A stretch of DNA of 28,182 bases from Deltaproteobacteria bacterium (GCA_046583355.1 JAYGCM010000001.1:1-28182); one strand, 5' to 3'; positions 9,235 to 18,700 are shown, numbered from the stretch's first letter. The notes: generated from the sequence alone by a model not told the origin. Numbers and translations are program-made.

Positions 9235-9723
9235 CTACCGCGAAGGCAAGGCTCCCTCCAATTGGAGAAGCGCCCGCTTTGCCGGCAGCCCACCGCCGAA
9301 GCCCGTCAGCGTGCCGTCCTTCCCGATCACGCGATGGCAAGGAATAATGATCGGCAGCGGATTCTGTCCGTTCGCCGCGCCGACGGCCCGTACGGCTTTC
9401 GGCCGGCCGATGCGCGTGGCGATCGCGCCATAGGTCGTCGTCTCGCCGTAGGGGATCTCGGCGAGCGCGTCCCAGACGGCGCGCTGGAACTCCGTGCCGC
9501 GCGGGTCGAGTGCTACATCGAAGGAGCGGCGTTCGCCACGAAAATACTCCTTGAGTTGCAAGACGACCGCTTCGAGTAACGCATCGTCGCGAATCCAGCC
9601 CGCGTCCGGCGCGGCGGCCGTACCTTCTTCTGCAAAGCGCAGGGTATAAAGTCCTCGGTCGCCACCGGCGAGGAGAAGCGGACCGATCGGACTCTCGAAG
9701 ATGCGGTAGAATAGGTTTTCCAT
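9235..9723 (-). CDS. ogt: Methylated-DNA--protein-cysteine methyltransferase
   Basis: SPIGPLLL, GTEFQRAVW..L.EIPYG, RAVGAANGQNP, active-site IPCHRV; GAGGAG RBS before ATG 9723. Confidence 0.95.
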   Translation of the reverse strand: MENLFYRIFESPIGPLLLAGGDRGLYTLRFAEEGTAAAPDAGWIRDDALLEAVVLQLKEYFRGERRSFDVALDPRGTEFQRAVWDALAEIPYGETTTYGAIATRIGRPKAVRAVGAANGQNPLPIIIPCHRVIGKDGTLTGFGGGLPAKRALLQLEGALPSR

Positions 9724-9743
9724 TGTCGGCTCCTCTTCGCTCG

Positions 9744-9856
9744 TCAATTCAAACTCTGTCAAAGCGGCAGGGCCGCATAGGAACGCCAGGGGCGCTGAGC
9801 CTCGGCGCGTCGCGGGCCAGGCCTGCCGGCTCGCAGATTTTCGGATCGATCCCCAT
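9744..9856 (-). pseudogene. Collapsed ada/alkA remnant (first ~17 and last ~20 codons only)
   Basis: MGIDPKICEPAGLARDA (Ada N-terminus, before RFDG) abuts, in another frame, RAEAQRPWRSYAALPL*QSL (AlkA C-terminus); usual position directly upstream of ogt. Confidence 0.75.
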
Positions 9857-9939
9857 GCTCCGAATATAGCGCCCCGGCCGGCGCCGACTAGTCTTTTTCG
9901 GACATCGAGTTGGCGGAGGCGCAGCGGGCGCGCGGCCGC

Positions 9940-10308
9940 TCAGCCGTGCGTGGCGGCGACCTCATCGAGATAATAGATATTGCCGTCGGGGTCCTTCACG
10001 AGCGCCATGAAGCCACCCCAGGGGTAGCGTTCCGGCGCGGCGGCGAATTCCACGCCGAGGGCCTGCAACCGCACGAATTCTGCCTCGAGGTCATCGACCG
10101 CGAAGCCGATGCCGGTATGGCGGCCTGTCCATTGACCATCGTCGTCGGCCGCGACGGCCACGCCGAGCTGGATCGGCCCGGCCGCAAACGAGGCATAGCC
10201 GTGCTCCACGTCGACGAAGTTCCGCGTGAGGCCGAGCGTCTTCTCGAAAAACGCAACCGAGCGTTCGAGGTCCTTCGTATAAATATTCACATAGGCAATC
10301 TGCGCCAT
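9940..10308 (-). CDS. VOC/glyoxalase-family protein
   Basis: YVNIYTKDLERSVAFF..TLG, IGFAVDDL, PWGG, DPDGN; AGGAG RBS. Confidence 0.9.
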   Translation of the reverse strand: MAQIAYVNIYTKDLERSVAFFEKTLGLTRNFVDVEHGYASFAAGPIQLGVAVAADDDGQWTGRHTGIGFAVDDLEAEFVRLQALGVEFAAAPERYPWGGFMALVKDPDGNIYYLDEVAATHG

Positions 10309-10412
10309 TGCATCGCTCCTCATCTGTCCCTGCGTGCGCTATTTCACGTTCTTGGCCCCGGCGTAAGCGTTGCGGGGGCTGGCGGGGAGAAATCGGGGGC
10401 TCACCTAACGGC

Positions 10413-10463
10413 CGCTGGGAAAACGGAGATGCATTCGATGTCGAAATCGTTGACTACCACTGA
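10413..10463 (+). pseudogene. higB: C-terminal stub of HigB toxin
   Basis: Reads RWENGDAFDVEIVDYH*, the typical HigB C-terminus, overlapping the higA start; no recognisable HigB sequence upstream. Confidence 0.8.
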
Positions 10464-10776
10464 GGGGAAACGGCAGCAGGCGGAACTGCTGGAACTGATT
10501 CCGCCGAGCGAGATTCTGCGTGAAGAGTTCATGGCGCCACTCGGCGTGAGTCAGAATCAGCTAGCGCGCGACATTGATGTGCCCCCGGCGCGCATCAACG
10601 ACATCGTGCACGGGCGTCGCGGTATCTCAGCGGACTCGGCGCTTCGGCTCAGCGCTTATTTCGGCACGACGGCCGAGTTCTGGCTCGGTCTACAGATGGA
10701 GTTCGATCTACGGAGGGCCCGGCGCGAAACCTGGCCTTCGGTGGAGCCCCGCATCCGCCCCCGCCGCGCCGCCTGA
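10438..10776 (+). CDS. higA: HigA-family antitoxin (XRE HTH)
   Basis: P.EILREEFMAPLGVSQNQLARDI.VPPARINDIVHGRRGISADSALRL..YFGTTAEFWLGLQ..FDL. Confidence 0.92.
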   Translation: MSKSLTTTEGKRQQAELLELIPPSEILREEFMAPLGVSQNQLARDIDVPPARINDIVHGRRGISADSALRLSAYFGTTAEFWLGLQMEFDLRRARRETWPSVEPRIRPRRAA

Positions 10777-10818
10777 TCCTCTTTTTTTCGCATCGCCGCG
10801 CGTTGTACGGCAAGGGGG

Positions 10819-10967
10819 GACGTTTCTTACCTCACGTCGATTTCCTTACCTCGGGGCAGCCCGGAGGGTTCTTGATGATCCGGGTGCATCCCTGCGCGCT
10901 GAGTAGCCTCCGCGCTGGGTGGGTACGCAACGTGAGGTAAGGAAATCGACGCGAGGTAAGCAACGTC
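10819..10967. repeat. 149-bp element with 34-bp terminal inverted repeats (MITE/REP-like)
   Basis: 10819-10852 GACGTTTCTTACCTCACGTCGATTTCCTTACCTC versus the reverse complement of 10934-10967: 32/34 identical; lies between convergent genes. Confidence 0.85.
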
Positions 10968-10983
10968 GCCTCAACCCTCGCCC

Positions 10984-11430
10984 TCAGGCCTCGGTGGTGG
11001 CACCGAAATCGTTGGCGTGGGCTTTGGCCATCTCTTCGAGGAACCAGCCGGGGAATTGGCTGATGAATTTGTTCACGTCCCAGATATCGCTCCATTGAGC
11101 GACCTTGCCGTCCTTCATTTCGTGGATCGTTGCGAAGCGGTTCACCGCCTTCTCGCCGGTTTTGAAGGTCCAGGTCTCGGTATGGTCAAGCATCACGACA
11201 TCACCATCGACAGCCAGGTGGTGGATCTGGTGGTCGTGGTCGATCAGGTGGTCAAACGCGATACGCAGCCGTTTGACGACGTTCTCGGGGCCGATCGCGC
11301 CGGTGTCTTCGGTTGGCACGTCTTCATAATGGATATCGTCGGCGAGACAGCTCTTGAGCGTGTCCCAATCGCGCGCGCTCAAAGCGCGCCAGAGAATGTC
11401 GACGGTTTTGCGGTTTTGTTGCTCGGACAT
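10984..11430 (-). CDS. NTF2/SnoaL-fold protein, limonene-1,2-epoxide hydrolase-like
   Basis: ALSARDWD....LADDIHYEDVP, GDVVMLDHTETW, IHEMKDGKVAQWSDIWD; AGGAG RBS. Confidence 0.82.
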   Translation of the reverse strand: MSEQQNRKTVDILWRALSARDWDTLKSCLADDIHYEDVPTEDTGAIGPENVVKRLRIAFDHLIDHDHQIHHLAVDGDVVMLDHTETWTFKTGEKAVNRFATIHEMKDGKVAQWSDIWDVNKFISQFPGWFLEEMAKAHANDFGATTEA

Positions 11431-11494
11431 GCTCCTGCATTATCATGCATTGCCGAGGTGTCGACCACGCCGCCGACAAACGGGTCCGCGCGGT

Positions 11495-12679
11495 TCAGGC
11501 CAGGGCAGGGCGCGCCTTCCACCATGCGAGCGCGCAGGCGCAGACCAGAAACACGCCGGTGGCGCTGAGCGTAGCATGGAAGCCGACCTCGTCGATCGCG
11601 ACGCCGATCACCGGACCGAGGATCAGAAAGCTCAGGCGGAAGATCAGACTGCGCAAGGAGAGGAAGGCGGCGCGGTCGGCCGAGGGGATCAGGCGCTGTT
11701 CGCGGTGCAGCAGCGCCGGGCCGACCAGGCCGCGGATTGCCGTCAAGGCGAAATAAAATACGAAGCCCCACCAGGCCGTGATGCCCGCGAGCCCCGCGTA
11801 GCCGATCACGACGAGGAAGATGCCGAGAAGGGCCAGGTTGGCTGTGCCGAGGCGTCGGTCGAGGTGGTCGCTGGCCAATGCGGTCAGCGCGACGACGTAG
11901 TTGGCGGCCGCCCACATCGGCCCGATCCAGCCAACCGCGAGGCCGGCGTCGAGGGCATAGAGGGGGATGATCCAGACCGGGATGAACGAGGTCAGGCCGA
12001 GCGTGACGGTCAGCGCGATGATGGCGCGCAGGTCGGCGCGTTGGACCAGCGCGCTGCGCGTGATCGCCATCATATGACGGAGGTGGTTTTTTTCGGTTGC
12101 GATATGGCGCGCCGGTTCCTGCAGGCCCCAGGCGACCGCGGCGTTGGCAGCCCAGACGGGGAGCTGCAGGAGAAAGGGCAGCTTGGGCGAGATCATGTAG
12201 AGAACGCCGGCAAAAAGAGCCGCGGTTCCCTCGGCGCTCTGACCGAAGAAACGGATGCGGCCGGTCCAACGGGTGAACTCGTGTTCCTGATCGGTCTCGA
12301 CGAGAGTCTCGTAGAGCAGCGCGGAATCGCAACCCGAGATGAGCGCCATCGAGATTCCCAGCACCAGCTCGGCTGCCAGCAGCCCGGCAAAGCTCTCCGC
12401 GAAGAGATAGACCGTCCACCCAAGAATCGAGAATACAGAGGCTGCGAGCAGCGAGTTTCGGTAGCCTATGCGGTCCGCGATATAGCCGGAGGGGAACTCC
12501 AGCAGAACCATGGCGAGGCCGAAGATACCCTGCAGAAGCAGAATATCGCCCATATCAAGGCCGATTTTTTCTTCCTGATAGAGGGTGATGATCGCGACCG
12601 GGAAGAGCGCCATTTGCAACGCATTCCACGCTGCGAGCCGCGGCAGATTCGCCGCGAGTTCCCGTTTCGGCTCCGCCAT
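11495..12679 (-). CDS. MFS transporter
   Basis: About 12 hydrophobic segments; LEFPSGYIADRIGYR motif A; SG.DSALLYETL; IPSADRAAFLS. Confidence 0.9.
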   Translation of the reverse strand: MAEPKRELAANLPRLAAWNALQMALFPVAIITLYQEEKIGLDMGDILLLQGIFGLAMVLLEFPSGYIADRIGYRNSLLAASVFSILGWTVYLFAESFAGLLAAELVLGISMALISGCDSALLYETLVETDQEHEFTRWTGRIRFFGQSAEGTAALFAGVLYMISPKLPFLLQLPVWAANAAVAWGLQEPARHIATEKNHLRHMMAITRSALVQRADLRAIIALTVTLGLTSFIPVWIIPLYALDAGLAVGWIGPMWAAANYVVALTALASDHLDRRLGTANLALLGIFLVVIGYAGLAGITAWWGFVFYFALTAIRGLVGPALLHREQRLIPSADRAAFLSLRSLIFRLSFLILGPVIGVAIDEVGFHATLSATGVFLVCACALAWWKARPALA

Positions 12680-12739
12680 CTGCCGAGGCTACATGCTGCC
12701 GCGTGCAATGGCATTTGCTGCAGGATAGACCGCATTCTT

Positions 12740-13813
12740 ATGGTTGTTCGCTACGGCATCATCGGCACCGGCCTCATGGGGGTCGAGCATGCGATGAACC
12801 TCGCCGTCATCGACGGCGCCGAGGTTGTCGCGGCGGCAGACCCGAACGCCGAGTCGCGCGAGTGGATCCGTCCGGTGCTCCCGCCTGCTACGGCCCTCCA
12901 CGCAGAAACTGGCGAGCTGTTGGCGCGCGACGATGTCGATGTAGTGGTGGTCGCCAGCCCGAATTTCACCCACCGCGAGCTTCTCGAAGAGGTGATGGCC
13001 TCGGGCAAGCATCTGCTTGTCGAGAAGCCGATGTGCACGACCTTTGAAGATGCCGTCTTCGTGCATGAGGCGGCCAAGCGCTACCCCGGGCTCTTCTGGG
13101 TCGGTCTGGAGTATCGCTATATGCCCGCGGTTTCGCGTCTCGTGAACGAAGTGCATGGGGGGACGGCCGGTCGCCTGCGCATGGTCGCGATCCGCGAACA
13201 TCGCTTTCCCTTCCTGACGAAGGTCGATGATTGGAACCGCTTCAACCGCAACACGGGTGGAACTTTTGTCGAGAAATGCTGTCATTTTTTCGACCTGATG
13301 CGGTTGCTCGCCAAGAGTGAACCCGTCCGGGTCTATTGTTCGGGCGGCCAGGACGTGAACCATCTCGACGAGAGCTACGCCGGCAAGAAGCCCGATATCT
13401 GGGACAATGGCTTCGTCATCATAGATTTTGCGAACGGCATTCGCGGCATGCTCGATCTCTGCATGTTCGCTGAAGGCTCACTCGAAGAGCAGGAAATCTG
13501 CGCCGTGGGGGATCGCGGCAAACTCGAGGCCTTTATCCCGAGCTCGCGATTCGTGCTGGGCAAGCGAAACCCGAAATCCATCGAAACCGAAGTGGTATCG
13601 GTTGACGAGAAGGTGCTGAATGCCGGATTCCATCATGGTGCGACCTACTACCAGCATCAAGCGTTGCTCCGCGCGCTCGCACGGCGCCAGCCGGCCGAGG
13701 TTTCTTCCTGGGACGGTCTGATGTCGGTCGTGATGGGCCTGGCCGCCCAGATCTCGGCCGAAGAGCAGCGCGCCGTCGAGATCTCCGAGTTCGACCTCCC
13801 CAGCCGCGACTGA
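12740..13813 (+). CDS. Gfo/Idh/MocA-family NAD(P)-dependent oxidoreductase
   Basis: True start is internal to the 819-aa ORF: MVVRYGIIGTGLMG, VASPNFTH, VEKPM, GGTFVEKCCHFFDL. Confidence 0.93.
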   Translation: MVVRYGIIGTGLMGVEHAMNLAVIDGAEVVAAADPNAESREWIRPVLPPATALHAETGELLARDDVDVVVVASPNFTHRELLEEVMASGKHLLVEKPMCTTFEDAVFVHEAAKRYPGLFWVGLEYRYMPAVSRLVNEVHGGTAGRLRMVAIREHRFPFLTKVDDWNRFNRNTGGTFVEKCCHFFDLMRLLAKSEPVRVYCSGGQDVNHLDESYAGKKPDIWDNGFVIIDFANGIRGMLDLCMFAEGSLEEQEICAVGDRGKLEAFIPSSRFVLGKRNPKSIETEVVSVDEKVLNAGFHHGATYYQHQALLRALARRQPAEVSSWDGLMSVVMGLAAQISAEEQRAVEISEFDLPSRD

Positions 13814-14049
13814 GTCCGGACGGCATTCAGGCATTTCTCTGCGCGCAACTTCTCGGCCGGACCTCCGGACCTCCAACCCAGCGCGCACTCACGGAGCTGC
13901 AGCCCGTTCCGCGGCGGCAAGACCTCGTCCGGCTTCCGCGCGCTCAACGCCAGCGGCAGCAAAGTGATCTGCCGCGGACTCGACTGCCCGCGAATGCGGA
14001 GATCGGATTGGTGAGAGAGACGGCCAGCCCTTCGCTGGTACCGCCGCCG

Positions 14050-14126
14050 GGGCACATCGTGCCCTTTGGCGTCACGCCACCCCGACAGAAGCATCCGAGC
14101 ACGGACCCGAACCCGGGCACCGGCAA
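14050..14126 (+). repeat. Conserved 77-bp upstream leader, copy 1
   Basis: 72/77 identical to 15663-15739; palindromes GGGCAC-atc-GTGCCC and TGGCGT-c-ACGCCA. Confidence 0.92.
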
Positions 14127-14224
14127 GGGGAAGTGAACTTGTTTTCGGCAGCAGGGAGCCTCGCTGAACCTGCGCCCAACGACCGCAACCTCCCGTTCGC
14201 AGAACGGGCAGACAGGAGAGAAAA

Positions 14225-15448
14225 ATGACCAGATCTCAGAAAAAAACAGCCCTGAACCGACGTCTGTACGGACTCGTCGCGTTGGCCGGTGCTCTCGTTC
14301 TTGGCTCCGCCGGCGTCGCCGACGCTGCCCCGAGTGACGCCGCCCGCTGCGTAGCGACGCGCTTGAAGATAGTAGGCAAGGCCGTGAAGGATGCGGCAAC
14401 TTGCGAGAGCAAACTCGCGCTCAAGATCGACCACGGATCCTTCGATGCTTCCGGGCAGCCGATGGCAGGCATCATGGATCCGGACAAGGTCGGAAGTCTT
14501 CTGGCCAAACGCGAGGCCTGCCTCGGGCGCGCAGCGGCCAAACTGGACACGCTCTGGGAGAAGAACGACGCCAGGGTCAGTTGCTCGGTTGCGGGTGACG
14601 AGACGGCCACTGAAGTGAAGGGATTGGTGGAAGATTGGATGCGCGACCTCACATCATTCGCCGACTACGGCACTCGAGTCCCGACAGATTTTCCAAATCT
14701 GACCAACGTCGTCTTCTTCGCACCCTTCTGCGACCTGGACCCGCACGACTTCCCGAACGCAGCGGAGTATTACGACGAGGTAAAGAAGAACCGATGCTAT
14801 CCCGATCTCCTCGCGGAACACGGTCGAGTCGGGCGCTACCGGAGCCACAATCTCTATCGGTACGCCGAACACTCCCGCGAGCGGCAGTTGAGTTGGCAAA
14901 TGGTCGGCTGGCCGTGTGCCGAAATCGCGGAGCGCGCGGGGCTCGGGTCGTTCGCCAAGGATGATTTTGATATCTGGCTCTCGACGGAATATTTCAGTCC
15001 ACAGCGCCGCTTTGTTCATTCCACGGCGCCCTATGTACTTCCCTCGGGCGCGATTGTCGCGGACGATTGGGACGACCTGACCGACGGCGAGATTCGCCAT
15101 CCGATCGACGAACTGGCCACGGGGCAACCGGCGACGGACCTGCGCGTCGTGACGGGAACCTCGCCGACCGGAAACAACTACGACGAGCAATACCAAACTA
15201 GATTACTTCCGACATTGGGAAACTGGACCTTTTTTCAAGTGCCGGACGATGTGGTCGGCAAACTATACTCGGGCAACACCTCGAAGACCGTAGAGCAATG
15301 GACCCAATCGTTTACACGCGAACCCGTTGTCTGGGGCTATCCTTCTGGTGACGGCGAGGACGGCTGGACCAGAGAGGTCGACGGTGTCTATTGCTTCCAG
15401 CAGCGCGGCGTCCTCGCCCCTGGCGGTGGCTTGGTTCCGGCCCCCTGA
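14225..15448 (+). CDS. Secreted protein: N-terminal Cys-patterned helical domain and C-terminal endostatin/DUF1554-like domain
   Basis: AGGAGA RBS; signal peptide ending ADA-A; C..IA..AGL...WLS...SP.RRF...PYVL..G..VADDWDDLTDG.I...I...V.TGT..TG...VYCFQQ. Confidence 0.75.
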   Translation: MTRSQKKTALNRRLYGLVALAGALVLGSAGVADAAPSDAARCVATRLKIVGKAVKDAATCESKLALKIDHGSFDASGQPMAGIMDPDKVGSLLAKREACLGRAAAKLDTLWEKNDARVSCSVAGDETATEVKGLVEDWMRDLTSFADYGTRVPTDFPNLTNVVFFAPFCDLDPHDFPNAAEYYDEVKKNRCYPDLLAEHGRVGRYRSHNLYRYAEHSRERQLSWQMVGWPCAEIAERAGLGSFAKDDFDIWLSTEYFSPQRRFVHSTAPYVLPSGAIVADDWDDLTDGEIRHPIDELATGQPATDLRVVTGTSPTGNNYDEQYQTRLLPTLGNWTFFQVPDDVVGKLYSGNTSKTVEQWTQSFTREPVVWGYPSGDGEDGWTREVDGVYCFQQRGVLAPGGGLVPAP

Positions 15449-15456
15449 TGAGGCAC

Positions 15457-15495
15457 CCCTCGCGACGTGGAACTTATAGTTTCATGTCGCGAGGG
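15457..15495 (+). terminator. 17-bp stem-loop downstream of the secreted protein gene (terminator or mRNA stabiliser)
   Basis: CCCTCGCGACGTGGAAC-ttata-GTTTCATGTCGCGAGGG with two G.U pairs, starting 8 nt after the stop; no U tract. Confidence 0.6.
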
Positions 15496-15662
15496 ATGGA
15501 GGCAGGTCACCGGAGACACGCCCGCACGCTCCCGCAGTGAGGCCCACGGACCTGCCGCTGCAAGCCGAGCGATCCCCGGAGGGTTCGGATGTCCATTTCG
15601 AGTAGTTCGCGCTCGACATCTCGATCGATCTCGTCGTGCTTTGCGCGCGAGAGCTTCGTGCA

Positions 15663-15739
15663 GGGCACATCGTGCCCTCTGGCGTCACGCCACCTCGACA
15701 GACGCATCCGAACACCGACCCGAACCCGGGCACCGGCAA
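15663..15739 (+). repeat. Conserved 77-bp upstream leader, copy 2
   Basis: 72/77 identical to 14050-14126; ends 18 nt before the M4 protease ATG. Confidence 0.92.
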
Positions 15740-15757
15740 AGCAAAAGGAAAAGAAAA

Positions 15758-18700
15758 ATGACCTCATCCAAGCGCAAGATTCGACGTTTCCAGCAGACTG
15801 GACTGGCTCTCGCATTGATCTCCATGCTCTCGCTGGCCGTGAGCACGGATGCCGGCGCGGCCGCAGCAAAACCGCCGCTCGGCGGGGCGCTCGGTTCGCC
15901 GCTCGCGGGTACCTACGATTTCTCGAAGACCGAGAAAATGCTTGCCCCGATGGCCAAGAAGGGTGCGGACTCGCGGCCGGATCGGCCCGCCGGCAACTTC
16001 GCCGACGCCAAGTCGCCTGTGAGCAAGCCGTCCCAAGGCATCCTGACGGACCCGACCAAGCCGGTCGCACGCTGGACGGTGGGTGAACTGTCGGCTTCGG
16101 CGCCGGTCGATAACGAAGCCGCGCTCCGTGCGGCGTTTGCGTCGTATATCGCCAGGGAAGGCGCCGTTGTTGGGGTGACCAGCCTTGATGGCCTGGTCGC
16201 GCAACCGGTACGCCGCAGTCCCTACGGCGCCGCCGTTCTGCGCTACCAGCAAATGATCGGCAAGGTTTCGGTCCTCGGCCGTGGTGTGAGCGTCTATTTC
16301 GACCCGCAGGGAACCTTGCGGGGAGTCGCCGCGAATCTCGCCGAGCAAACGGGCGTAAAGAAGGCCCGGCTTTCGCGCAGCGCGGCCGAAAAGAGAGTGG
16401 CCGGGGAGGTGTACAGCGCCGAGCTTGTTGTCGATCCGACGGCGGGCCTTCGCATGGCCTGGCGGATCGACCACGACGAAGAAGGCGGAACACGCTCCAT
16501 GGTCGATGCCGTCACTGGCGAAGTCTACGGGTCGCGTTCCCTCAGCATGCATATCATCGCCCGCGGTAGGGACCTTGACGGGAATATCCGCCGCGTCGCC
16601 GCCGCCCTGCGCAACCAGGTGCCGCGCATGAACGTGGAGGCTCGCGAGCTTGCCGCAGACCTTGCGCGCTACCCCCGGGGGCCCGTCAACCTGGTGCGCT
16701 CAGGCAACGGCGGACTGGCGGATGTTTTCACCCTCGACGCGGCGCGACAGGAATATGTATCCAGTCGGTCAGGCAGCTTCCGGGCCACCACGCGCAACCG
16801 GATTGCCATCACCGTGCACGACAATCTCGTACAATCTGTCGATCATGTTGCGCGCAGCTACCTGGGCCGTCGTGGCCTCGCGAGCTTCGCCAACTTCAAC
16901 GGCCGCCCGGCCTCGGTAGTGGCGATGGTCGAAGTTCCCGACGAATGGGGCGCGCGATGGGATACGTTATCGAAGCGAATCCTGATTGGTGCCGACCGGG
17001 CGCCGAATCGATTTCCCGGCCTGCGGCACTTCGCCAACGGGTTGGATGTCATGGCGCACGAATATGGTCATGCAATCGCAGCGACCAACACATCTCTTGA
17101 CTACGCAGGCATCGGTGGTGGTTTACATGAGGGGTTTGCGGATATCGTGGGCTTCCTCGTCGAAGCGGACTTCAATATGCGCAATGGCCGCCCGATCGAG
17201 TGGTCGATTGCCGAGGACGCCTATGATCCCGAAATCGCCCCCTTTGGCGTTCGCTACCTCAAGGACCCGCATGTCATGGGGATGCCGGACTCCTTGAACA
17301 GTCCGTATTTCACCGACGATATCGGCCCACACGCAATGGGAGCGATCCTCGGCAAGGTCTTTCACCTGCTGGTCGAGGGCGGCGTGCATTACGGTGTACC
17401 GGTGCGACCGCTCCACCCGCAAGCTCGCAATGGCGCTTCCGGACATGCCGCAGCCCGCCTGCTCGCCGGCAAGGTATTCTTCGAGTGGATGTTGATGGAC
17501 GTGATGCCGCAGAACGCGACGTTCGCCGACGCGCGCCGTGCGATGGAACTCGCGGTCGTGAATGTCCTGGCCGCCGAGAACCCGCGCCAGGTTTCCTTCG
17601 GACTCCTCAGTGTGGCCAACGCCTGGGCTTCCGTCGGCGTCGGCGAGCCGGGCACTGGCGGAGGCTGTCTCCTTCCCTACACGCAGGATTTCGAACTCGG
17701 CCTGGATGGCTGCTGGGATACGAGTGGCTTTGCCGAGGTGACACCAGCCCTCAATCATCGCGGAGGGCTCGAATTGAGCATCTTCGACGTTGCCCCTATG
17801 CTTCCCGAGGTTGTATCGAGCGCATCCGTTCATCTGTCGGCACCGCGCGAACCCGGGGAATATTTCGCAGCCTTTCACCTCAAGAATTTTCCTGGATCCG
17901 ACCCGCGCGAGCAGCCCGGCGAACTGCATCTGTCCGTCGACGGCGGACCCGCCGTTCCTGTCTCCCAGCTGGTGGTCGCAGATCCCGTACGCGGCGAACG
18001 CCATTTCGTGCATCTCGAGCACCCCGCCATCGAAGCCGGGCTGGCCAGCTACCTGACGCTCACCTTCCGCAGAGATTGTGTGATCGGGGAGTGTGGGATC
18101 ATCATTGATGACCTCGTTGTCGGTACCGCCGGCGACGTAGCCTTCTTGCAGGATGAAGATCCTCTGCGCGAGATCGCGCTGCGCTTGGTTCGTCTCGAGA
18201 TCTCACCCGATCGGGTGCGGGAAGACGACCCAGCCGAGCCGAACGCAGATGGTCCCGGCTTCTGGATCTCGATTGTACGCGACGAGCCATTCTCCGACAG
18301 TGAAACCTTCATCGTATCGCTGACCGGTGCCCAAGCGGGCACGGACTACCAGGTGGCATTCGATCCCAGGGTGACTCTGGTGCCTGGAGAATCTGTCAAG
18401 CGCCTCTTTGTCGCCGTTCTCGACGATGAGCTCTACGAATACGACGAAACGTTGCAGGTTTCGCTGCAGCAGGTTTTTCCGAGCGTCTTGGACCAGGAAC
18501 CTTGGCTCGTGGAGGTCCCCGGCGCGCGTGCCACAATGGTGATCGAGTCCGACGACGCCCCGCCGATCGTGCGCATCGCCACTGACGATCGGGACATCCG
18601 TGAAACCAGCGGTAGCGCCGGACGCACCCCGATCCATGTCGATCTCGACAGCATCTCTGGCGAAGATGTGACGATCAACTTTTCCTTCGATGGAGATGCC

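Noticed and set aside
9887..9906. Possible Ada box upstream of the ada/alkA remnant
   Set aside because: Position is plausible, but it is a single copy and I cannot verify the consensus from the sequence
10403..10409. ACCTAAC at the higB breakpoint as an integron attC half-site
   Set aside because: Only 7 bp, with no complementary arm
9910..10437. Long N-terminal extension of HigA (288-aa ORF)
   Set aside because: Antisense of the VOC gene plus intergenic DNA
11354..12739. Apparent N-terminal extension making an 819-aa fusion oxidoreductase
   Set aside because: It is the antisense of the MFS gene; homology starts at ATG 12740
14050..14075. Leader core as a sigma54 or ECF promoter
   Set aside because: GGCAC-to-GC spacing is too short for -24/-12, and the gap to CGTC is shorter than the ~16-17 bp usual for ECF promoters
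14906..15403. Diversity-generating retroelement target (C-type-lectin-related fold)
   Set aside because: No reverse transcriptase or template repeat seen; leader mismatches are not adenine-specific
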